A stretch of DNA of 47,324 bases from Candidatus Ryanbacteria bacterium (GTDB lineage Bacteria > Patescibacteriota > Minisyncoccia > Ryanbacterales > GWA2-47-10b), in assembly GCA_009691385.1 (NCBI GenBank), contig SICQ01000002.1, forward strand, positions 1 through 47,324, written 5' to 3'. The notes under the pieces are model-generated. The model did not search any database, was not told the origin of the DNA, and was given only the letters and a program-made list of their open reading frames with translations. This document shows positions 28,404-34,714 of the stretch, piece after piece. Within the stretch, counting starts at the first letter, position 1. Each line of letters begins with the position of its first letter. The position numbers and the translations under genes are program-made.

Positions 28404-30050
28404 TTACATCGTATCAGGGGTAGAGATACCCATGAGCTTACATTGCCTCTGCATGGTCTCACGAAAGAGCGATACGAGAGCGAGGCGCGCATATTCAAGA
28501 TCAGCGCGCTCACCTATCACATGCGTCGTTTCATAAAAACGCGTGAAGGCGCGAGCAAAATCAAGCGCAAAGCGTGAAAGACGCTGGAGCTGAAAATCTT
28601 CGGCAGTTTGCGAAATCGCATCGGGCAACGCCAAGACCATCTTGATGAGTGTGAGTTCGGCCTCAGTCTCTAAGATAGGCCATGCCACTTTTTTGTAATT
28701 TATCTTGCGTTTACCTTGATATCCGGCCTTTTTGAGGATGCTCGATGCGCGGGCGTGTGCGTACTGTATATAGTAGACAGGATTGTCTTTTGACTTGGCG
28801 CGTGCCAAATCCATATCAAAGGTCATGGCTGATCGTGGCGCGTACTGCAGCATGAAAAACCTAAAGGCGTCCTTACCTACGGTATCGAGTAGCTCTTCGG
28901 CGGTGACAAAAGTGCCCTTGCGCTTGGCCATCGATACCACCTGCCCGTCTTTTTTGAGCGTCACAAGACCGTGAACCACAATTTTGAGATTTTCTTGCGG
29001 GAATCCAAATGCATCGGCAATCGCACGAAGTTTTGGTATATGACCTTCATGCCCATCGCCCAATTCATCTACTACGAGATCCGCGCGCTTAAACTTTTCT
29101 GCGTGATATGCAATATCACCCGCAAAATATACATAGGTGCCATCACTCTTGATGACGACCGATTCGCGCTCGCCCAAATTGTCATCCTTGGGTGTAAACC
29201 ACACCGCGCCTTCTTTTTTGGTCAGCAATCCTTTTTTATCGAGCAGGGCGAGCGCGCGCTTGGTCTTTACCTCGAGATCACTCTCAGCGACAACTTTGTC
29301 AAAGACAATACCCATGCGCTTTGCGAGCGCCAAGTTATCTTTGAGCATGCCTGCGAGCGCAGCCTTGGTAATGCGTTCTTTATACAGATCGGGTTTTTGT
29401 AAAATCTTGGCGCCGTATTTTTTATGCACGGCCTTGCCCATCTCTTGGATGTACTCGCCCTGATAACCATCTTCTGCGAGCACTGACTGCTCTCCGCACG
29501 CAATCATGTACCAATGCCATAGTGAGTCAGCAAAGCGGCCGATCTGCGCGCCCGCGTCATTGTGAAAATATTCACGCACTACTTTGTATCCGCGATCTTT
29601 CAGTAAGTTCGCCACTACATCGCCGATGGGTCCTGACCGCGCGTTGCCAATATGCATAGGGCCCGTAGGATTGGCTGAAATATATTCTACCGATGCCGTA
29701 CCAAGCTTGGGCTTTGGTTCTGACGCAAACGAATCACGCAAGATCTCGATCAAGTATTGTTTGTCAAAATAAAAATTTAAAAAGCCAGGCGAGGCCGCCT
29801 CAATCTTACTAAAAACAGGCAGGTGTTTTTCTTTGATGCGGATTGCGATATCTTCGGCAACTGCCATAGGCAGGCGCTTCTCAACTTTGGCGCGTACGAG
29901 CGCGATGTTTGATGAGTAGTCTCCCCTTGCCTCGCCTTGGGCGGGCCGGCCTTCTTGGCGTTCAACCGAAAAAGGCACATCAGATCCTATCTCGCGATGC
30001 AAAATGTCTTCTATATAGGTACGAAGATTGCGTTCCATGTCAGTAAGCAC
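28404..30050 (-). CDS. argS: arginyl-tRNA synthetase
   Basis: 548 aa. ANPTGPMHIGNARSG (HIGH region), SMAKRKG (KMSK-like), C-terminal DALR anticodon-binding region. Confidence 0.95.
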   Translation of the reverse strand: MLTDMERNLRTYIEDILHREIGSDVPFSVERQEGRPAQGEARGDYSSNIALVRAKVEKRLPMAVAEDIAIRIKEKHLPVFSKIEAASPGFLNFYFDKQYLIEILRDSFASEPKPKLGTASVEYISANPTGPMHIGNARSGPIGDVVANLLKDRGYKVVREYFHNDAGAQIGRFADSLWHWYMIACGEQSVLAEDGYQGEYIQEMGKAVHKKYGAKILQKPDLYKERITKAALAGMLKDNLALAKRMGIVFDKVVAESDLEVKTKRALALLDKKGLLTKKEGAVWFTPKDDNLGERESVVIKSDGTYVYFAGDIAYHAEKFKRADLVVDELGDGHEGHIPKLRAIADAFGFPQENLKIVVHGLVTLKKDGQVVSMAKRKGTFVTAEELLDTVGKDAFRFFMLQYAPRSAMTFDMDLARAKSKDNPVYYIQYAHARASSILKKAGYQGKRKINYKKVAWPILETEAELTLIKMVLALPDAISQTAEDFQLQRLSRFALDFARAFTRFYETTHVIGERADLEYARLALVSLFRETMQRQCKLMGISTPDTM

Positions 30051-30093
30051 TACTCTAACGCAAAAACCATATTTGTTCTATATTGGAGAAGCG

Positions 30094-30534
30094 ATGACCA
30101 CGCAAAACAAAAAAGTACACTTTGACTACGAGATACTCGAAACCTATGAGGCGGGCATCGAGCTTTTTGGCTTTGAGGTCAAATCAATACGCGCGGGCAA
30201 CGCTCATCTGGAGGGCGCACGCGTACTCATCCGTGGCAATGAGGCATTTTTGGTGGGGGCGAGTATACCCCCCTACCAGCAGCCAAATACCCCGCCATCA
30301 TACGAGCCTGACCGTACGCGCAAGCTCTTGCTTCATAAAAAAGAGCTCTCGTACCTTGCTGGCAAAGAGCACGAAAAGGGCTTGACATTGGTGCCGATTA
30401 AGTTGTATAATAAAGCCCGTACCATCAAACTAGAGTTTGGCGTGGCACGCGGAAAACGAAACTTTGACAAGCGCGAAACCATCAAAAAACGCGAGGTCAA
30501 GCGATCGATTTCTCGAGAATTGAAAAAATACTAA
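30094..30534 (+). CDS. smpB: SsrA-binding protein SmpB
   Basis: Start at ATG 30094 (GGAGA SD at 30085-30089). FDYEILETYEAGIELFGFEVKS..., basic C-terminal tail. Immediately upstream of ssrA. Confidence 0.9.
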   Translation: MTTQNKKVHFDYEILETYEAGIELFGFEVKSIRAGNAHLEGARVLIRGNEAFLVGASIPPYQQPNTPPSYEPDRTRKLLLHKKELSYLAGKEHEKGLTLVPIKLYNKARTIKLEFGVARGKRNFDKRETIKKREVKRSISRELKKY

Positions 30535-30597
30535 AGCAGTTTGGTGCTTCCAAAAAATGTCGCGAGCGCGATTCAAAACGTGCTCATAGCATGTTTT

Positions 30598-30952
30598 GGG
30601 AGTGACAGGCCTCGACGGGGTCTCGACTCTTTGAAAATCAGGCAAGAGCAGGTGTGGTCACCTCTTTCAAAAATGCCACACGCCAATAAGTGCAAACTTA
30701 TTTAACCGCCAACCGGCAATGGCTTTTGCCTAAGCCGTAGGCGTTTCTCTGGCCACTATGCGCCAGAGCATCGGTCCGCAACCGCTGAGTGCGTGGAATG
30801 CCGGTGTTATAATCCTCAGCTAGTGCGCATCATGCTCGATACACGCGCGCGAAACTAATCGAGCAAACTCTCTGGCTTCGTGCTTGAGTACGCCTGTATA
30901 AATTTTTATTGAGAAGAACTTTCGGACGGCGGTTCGATTCCGCCCACTTCCA
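30598..30952 (+). ncRNA. ssrA: tmRNA (ssrA), one-piece
   Basis: 5' GGGAGTGACAGGCCTCGACGGGG pairs with the 3' CACTTCC acceptor (one G-U). T-arm GGCGGTTCGATTCCGCC. Discriminator A; CCA not fully encoded. Candidate tag frame 30692-30733. Adjacent to smpB. Confidence 0.85.
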
Positions 30953-30961
30953 CAAAAAAAT

Positions 30962-30989
30962 AAAAAGCCTGATGTAGATCAGGCTTTTT
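30962..30989 (+). terminator. intrinsic terminator after ssrA
   Basis: AAAAAGCCTGAT-gtag-ATCAGGCTTTTT. Confidence 0.65.
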
Positions 30990-31080
30990 GTTTGACAAAA
31001 TGTTATATTTAGTATAAAGTATTTCCCAGAGTTCACATGTGAGAGTGGCTTTCGATCACCCTCTCACCAACCATGAGGTG

Positions 31081-31287
31081 ATGATGGCACGATGCAGTAA
31101 ATGCGAAGCATCCGGCAGGGAGCACAAACAGGGCTTCTGCCCTCCGAAGCCGGGTGACCGCGCCCGCGCGCGCAAGGCCTTCCTGGCGCGGGGCAGCGCC
31201 CCGCCCGCCGAGACCTCGGACATTCCGGTCCGCGGCGCGCCCATCCCGGGAACGGGCAGCCCCAAGGAGGCGCCTGCCGCCGGATAA
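31081..31287 (+). CDS. small basic, Pro/Ala/Gly-rich hypothetical protein (extremely GC-rich)
   Basis: ATG 31081 preceded by GAGG. This frame has G/C at most third positions and is followed by a strong + strand terminator. All six frames are open here, so the frame choice is tentative. CSKC...C near the N-terminus. Confidence 0.35.
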   Translation: MMARCSKCEASGREHKQGFCPPKPGDRARARKAFLARGSAPPAETSDIPVRGAPIPGTGSPKEAPAAG

Positions 31288-31294
31288 GACCCAA

Positions 31295-31331
31295 GCCCCG
31301 CTCGAGCACATGCTCGAGCGGGGCATTTTTT
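31295..31331 (+). terminator. intrinsic terminator
   Basis: 13-bp perfect stem GCCCCGCTCGAGC-acat-GCTCGAGCGGGGC followed by ATTTTTT. Confidence 0.65.
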
Positions 31332-31346
31332 ATATATAAAGATTTT

Positions 31347-31700
31347 CTACCCCTTCTTTTTGAACTTTACCGAAAACACGGGTTCATACTGGTTTGAGTG
31401 TTCATCGGTAATCTCCACCTGCTCCCCTTTCATCATGTGCGTGAGAGCTATGTCGCTGAGCATTTCTTGATCACTCTTGAGATTATTTTTCATACTCTCG
31501 AGCTTTGCGAACTCTGCGGCTGATTCGCGCTTTATCTTTTGTTCGATCGATACTTTTTTGTCACGGATTTTGTTGTATTCGTGCACAATCTCGCGATACC
31601 CTGTAGCATTTTCGAGTGCGTCTTTGTACGAACCCTTCAAATCACGCTGTTCACGCTTGATGTCTTGGATGCGGTTAAATATTTCTTGAGCACTTTTCAT
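31347..31700 (-). CDS. hypothetical coiled-coil protein (AT-rich)
   Basis: ATG 31700 preceded by AAGGTGG with a 5-nt spacer. 117 aa: charged heptad-like N-terminal 85 aa, then a short beta-like C-terminus (GEQVEITDEHSNQYEPVFSVKFKKKG). No family recognised. Confidence 0.6.
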   Translation of the reverse strand: MKSAQEIFNRIQDIKREQRDLKGSYKDALENATGYREIVHEYNKIRDKKVSIEQKIKRESAAEFAKLESMKNNLKSDQEMLSDIALTHMMKGEQVEITDEHSNQYEPVFSVKFKKKG

Positions 31701-31846
31701 AATGCCCACCTTACACTACAACTACCCTCCGTGTCAGCATTGGATAACTTTTTGATTTGCTCAAAAGGTACAGGGTACGATACGATGCGAAAAGAACCTC
31801 GCCGACCCTTTGAAATCTCGTGGAGAACGAAAGGAGAAGTGTATAC

Positions 31847-32902
31847 ATGCAAACCCAGCAAGCAGGAGGAGATGCGTATCGTGCACTAGTCAGTGAAATT
31901 GTGCGTATGGGCAAGGTTGATCGGAGCATCGTGATGCGCACCGCGCATGTGGGATCGGGTGAAGCATACCAGCTCATCGACCGTATGCAGGAAGATGGCA
32001 TCATCAGCAAACCCGACCGAAAGACCAGCGAGCGACGCGTGCTCATCACGCCCGAAGAGCTCGCCCGCCAAGCTCGCGTGAGTGGAGCGCCACGCGAGCT
32101 TGATGCCGAGACACGCACGATACTTGAACTACTCACACCGACACTTGCTGAACGCGAAGAGCTCTCAGTCGATAGCATCCGTACTGAGTTCGCTGTAGAG
32201 GCCGATGTCGCACGCGATGTCATTGCCGAGCTCGCGCGACAACACAAGACTGGCGAGCCCGACAAACACGGCACCGCCATGGTACTCATCACCACCGGTG
32301 GCAACGACCGCGCGAAAGCGCCGAAGCCGATCTTGGCACGCGCGCCGGTCAAAGACCCGCCAACCGGCATTCGCGGTAGCATCGGTATGCGGCCCCCACT
32401 TCTCCGAGGAGAAGTGCCGCCGCCTACGCCCGCACCGGCAGCAACAACTATTGCGCGAAAATGTGTGTGGCCTGACTGCGAACAAACCAAAATCCAATCG
32501 CGCAATCTCTGTCAAAAACACTACATGGTCGCCTACATGCATTGGAAAAAAATTGGCGGCGGCCAGCGCACTTCCAAGCCCTTCCCGATACCCGCAGAAG
32601 TGATCAAGGCGAAGAGCGAAGGAGTGGCGATACCTACGCCACCACCCGCCCCCGAGAAGCGTGCGAGCATCCCCGCACTACCATCTCCGCCGGCAGCACC
32701 GACAGACGAGCGGCCGTGGCAGACCCGAGTCGCAACGGCGCAGCAGCGCGCTGACAGAGTAGAATCTGAAAACATGGGCCTTCGTAACACCATCGCGCGG
32801 TTCGAGCGTGAAGCACGCGAGCACGAGACCGCGTGGAAAACGCTCGCAGATTTTATCGAGCGTCAGCCGACTCTCCGCCGCCTTCTTCACCTCCAATCAT
32901 AG
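31847..32902 (+). CDS. putative DNA-binding protein: two winged-helix modules (first FtsK-gamma-like), Cys3His zinc knuckle, C-terminal coiled coil (GC-rich)
   Basis: ATG 31847 with AAGGAGA SD (31831-31837). YRALVSEIVRMGKVDRSIVMRTAHVGSGEAYQLIDRMQEDGIISKPDRKTSERRVLI resembles the FtsK gamma wHTH. CVWPDC-x11-CQKHY resembles the (G/N)LCxxHY zinc motif. Pro-rich linkers. Confidence 0.7.
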   Translation: MQTQQAGGDAYRALVSEIVRMGKVDRSIVMRTAHVGSGEAYQLIDRMQEDGIISKPDRKTSERRVLITPEELARQARVSGAPRELDAETRTILELLTPTLAEREELSVDSIRTEFAVEADVARDVIAELARQHKTGEPDKHGTAMVLITTGGNDRAKAPKPILARAPVKDPPTGIRGSIGMRPPLLRGEVPPPTPAPAATTIARKCVWPDCEQTKIQSRNLCQKHYMVAYMHWKKIGGGQRTSKPFPIPAEVIKAKSEGVAIPTPPPAPEKRASIPALPSPPAAPTDERPWQTRVATAQQRADRVESENMGLRNTIARFEREAREHETAWKTLADFIERQPTLRRLLHLQS

Positions 32903-32910
32903 TCCCCCGA

Positions 32911-32946
32911 GCCTTCGGCGTGCACATGCGCCGAAGGCTTTTTTTA
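32911..32946 (+). terminator. intrinsic terminator
   Basis: GCCTTCGGCG-tgcacatg-CGCCGAAGGC followed by TTTTTTTA. Confidence 0.65.
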
Positions 32947-32957
32947 TAGATACATCC

Positions 32958-32986
32958 TTGAAAAAGCCTTCCTTGCGGGCTATAAA
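32958..32986 (+). promoter_or_regulatory. sigma70-like promoter for the 33013 gene
   Basis: TTGAAA (32958-32963), 17-nt spacer, TATAAA (32981-32986). Confidence 0.4.
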
Positions 32987-33012
32987 GAGACAGACACAAC
33001 ACGGAGGTGCTC

Positions 33013-33300
33013 ATGGATCTTGATCGAGAGTGTAACTATGACCACCGGGAGTTCCGCACAACCGAGTACATCCCAGTCACCGCAAGTCCCTGCATGCTCT
33101 TTTCCAATGACAGCGGCGTCAATGCCGGACTCATCGCGCGATTCACTGGCGACCGCTGGGCGCAGTTCCTCGCCTCGATCCTCGCGATCGAAGGGGTGGG
33201 CGCTATCGAAGTCCACCAATTCATGGTGATTGTCTACAAACGCGCCGACATCCCATGGGACTACGTAAGCCCCGCTGTCGAGAAGCTACTCGGTACCTAG
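33013..33300 (+). CDS. hypothetical protein, Nfu_N-like pattern (weak)
   Basis: ATG 33013 five nt after GGAGG. 95 aa. The C-terminal half (LASILAIEGVGAIEVHQFMVIVYKRADIPWDYVSPAVEKLL) follows the GV..V....fitV.K....W....p pattern of the Nfu/NifU N-terminal domain. Confidence 0.55.
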   Translation: MDLDRECNYDHREFRTTEYIPVTASPCMLFSNDSGVNAGLIARFTGDRWAQFLASILAIEGVGAIEVHQFMVIVYKRADIPWDYVSPAVEKLLGT

Positions 33301-33320
33301 CGGATAGGCGCGCAGCATGA

Positions 33321-33360
33321 GGCGTCGTCGGAATCATCCGACGACGCCATTTTCTTTTTT
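33321..33360 (+). terminator. intrinsic terminator
   Basis: 12-bp perfect stem GGCGTCGTCGGA-atca-TCCGACGACGCC followed by ATTTTCTTTTTT. Confidence 0.7.
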
Positions 33361-33378
33361 ATAATATTTTATAATATT

Positions 33379-33537
33379 TTAACGCTGCGAGCGTGATACT
33401 TCAGCCGTCGCTATTTCGTTCATCTCACTATCAAGCTCGAGGATGGTGTACTGAATATACCCCCACAAGCTAAACCCGACAATAACGATGAGCGAGACGG
33501 CCCAGAAAAACCACCTATCGCGAATCATACTATCCAT
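33379..33537 (-). CDS. possible 52-aa single-TM peptide
   Basis: Hand translation: MDSMIRDRWFFWAVSLIVIVGFSLWGYIQYTILELDSEMNEIATAEVSRSQR. Below the ORF-track length cutoff; no clear SD. Confidence 0.3.
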   Translation of the reverse strand: MDSMIRDRWFFWAVSLIVIVGFSLWGYIQYTILELDSEMNEIATAEVSRSQR

Positions 33538-33582
33538 GCTTTCTATAATAATAGGTATGTATCAATTCGCCAACCCCCACTC

Positions 33583-33611
33583 TTGACTTTCGGGCTGAAT
33601 ATCCTTACACT
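33583..33611 (+). promoter_or_regulatory. sigma70-like promoter of the infC-rpmI-rplT operon
   Basis: TTGACT (33583-33588), 17-nt spacer, TACACT (33606-33611). Confidence 0.4.
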
Positions 33612-33620
33612 ATAGGGACA

Positions 33621-34223
33621 TTGGTACCACGAATACGCATCAATCAAGCGATTTCCGCCCCTGAGCTCCGAGTGATCGGCGCTACGGGTGATAATGTCGG
33701 TATCAAAACAAAAGACGAGGCGCTCGCACTTGCACGCGAAGCTGGCCTCGATCTTATCGAGATTTCGCCTACGGCAAAACCGCCGGTAGCGCGCATCATG
33801 GACTGGGGTAAATACCAGTACCAACAGGAAAAGGAAGCTCGCAAGGCAAAAAAGAAATCGCACGAAGTTGAGATCAAAGGCATTCGTGTACGCCTCGGTA
33901 CCGGCTCCCATGATCTCGTCATGAAAGCCAAGCAAGCAGAAAAGTTTTTGAAAGCGGGTCACCGCCTCCAGATACAGCTCACCTTGCGCGGCCGAGAAAA
34001 ATATATTGATAAAAACTTTGTCCACGACAGGCTCACCAAACTTCTTGAGGCGATCACCGTCCCCCACAAGATTGCGGAAAAGCCCAAGAAAGGTCCCCGC
34101 GGACTTATTATGACTATAGAACCTGAACACCATGGCAAAAACAAACAAAGCAGTCCTGCGCCGAGTGCGAGTAACCAAAAACGGGAAAGTACTCAAGCGC
34201 CGACCGCATCAAAACCACTTTAG
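33621..34223 (+). CDS. infC: translation initiation factor IF-3
   Basis: RINQAISAPELRVIG N-domain; C-domain EIKGIRVRLGTGSHDLVMKAKQAEKFLKAGHRLQIQLTLRGRE. Non-ATG start (TTG 33621; ATA 33633 and ATC 33639 are also in frame). The low-complexity tail overlaps rpmI. Confidence 0.85.
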   Translation: MVPRIRINQAISAPELRVIGATGDNVGIKTKDEALALAREAGLDLIEISPTAKPPVARIMDWGKYQYQQEKEARKAKKKSHEVEIKGIRVRLGTGSHDLVMKAKQAEKFLKAGHRLQIQLTLRGREKYIDKNFVHDRLTKLLEAITVPHKIAEKPKKGPRGLIMTIEPEHHGKNKQSSPAPSASNQKRESTQAPTASKPL

Positions 34224-34320
34224 CGCCAAAAAAAGCCGTTCACGACAAATGGCAAACAAAAAAACCAAAGAATTTGCTTTTGGTAAAATTATCAAAAATC
34301 GCTATCTCCCAAACACCTAA
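34132..34320 (+). CDS. rpmI: 50S ribosomal protein L35
   Basis: 62 aa, MAKTNKAVLRRVRVTKNGKVLKRR... matches the basic L35 N-terminus. Sits between infC and rplT. Confidence 0.85.
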   Translation: MAKTNKAVLRRVRVTKNGKVLKRRPHQNHFSAKKSRSRQMANKKTKEFAFGKIIKNRYLPNT

Positions 34321-34329
34321 ACCACTACT

Positions 34330-34674
34330 ATGACACGCGTAAAACGAGGCGTTACCGCCCTCAAGCGCCGCCGCTCGGTCCTCAAGCAAACCAAAGGTTT
34401 CCGCTGGCAGCGCAGTAAAAAAGAACGAGCCGCCAAAGAAGCGCTCCTCCATGCCTATACCCACTCATTCCAAGACAGACGCAAGAAAAAGCGCGTTATG
34501 CGCAAGGGTTGGAATGTGAAGATTAGCGCGGCCGCAAAGCTTTCCGGCACTTCTTACAGTAAGCTCATGGGAGCGCTCAAAAAGGCTGATATCAAGATTG
34601 ATCGCAAGATCCTCTCGACACTCGCCGAGCAGTACCCCAAGGCATTCGAAAAAGTCCTCGCTGAGGCAAAGTAA
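34330..34674 (+). CDS. rplT: 50S ribosomal protein L20
   Basis: 114 aa, MTRVKRGVTALKRRRSVLKQTKGFRW... canonical L20 start. Confidence 0.95.
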   Translation: MTRVKRGVTALKRRRSVLKQTKGFRWQRSKKERAAKEALLHAYTHSFQDRRKKKRVMRKGWNVKISAAAKLSGTSYSKLMGALKKADIKIDRKILSTLAEQYPKAFEKVLAEAK

Positions 34675-34681
34675 ACCAAAC

Positions 34682-34706
34682 AAAAAATCCCCGTACGGGG
34701 ATTTTT
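34682..34706. terminator. bidirectional intrinsic terminator
   Basis: AAAAATCCCC-gtac-GGGGATTTTT between convergent rplT and the 34715 gene. Confidence 0.65.
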
Positions 34707-34714
34707 TGTTTCAT

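Larger units (their letters stand above)
30990..33360. mobile_element. putative integrase-less genomic islet at the ssrA 3' flank
   Basis: Abrupt GC jump, four non-housekeeping ORFs each with its own promoter/SD/terminator, location at a classical island integration site. No recombinase or att repeat found, so mobility is unproven. Confidence 0.3.

Noticed and set aside
30830-31036. 68-aa minus-strand ORF.
   Set aside because: It lies within and antisense to the tmRNA gene and its terminator.
31033-32896. Many long overlapping ORFs on both strands (e.g. 31711-32505 minus, 264 aa; 31033-31326 minus; 32165-32542 minus; 32205-32603 plus).
   Set aside because: Shadow ORFs expected in 65-80% GC DNA. 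Their products are Arg/Ser/Ala/Pro-rich and low in complexity, have no SD, and lie antisense or out of frame to ORFs that do have an SD, a terminator and recognisable motifs.
33361-33380. Tandem decamer ATAATATTTT x2.
   Set aside because: Only two copies, in AT-rich spacer DNA after a terminator. Too short to call a repeat element or binding array.
33586-33593. Possible attR: ACTTTCGG also occurs in the tmRNA 3' region (30918-30925).
   Set aside because: Only an 8-mer, not at the tmRNA 3' terminus, and it overlaps the infC -35 element. This is consistent with chance. No longer repeat of the ssrA 3' end was found by eye up to 37 kb.
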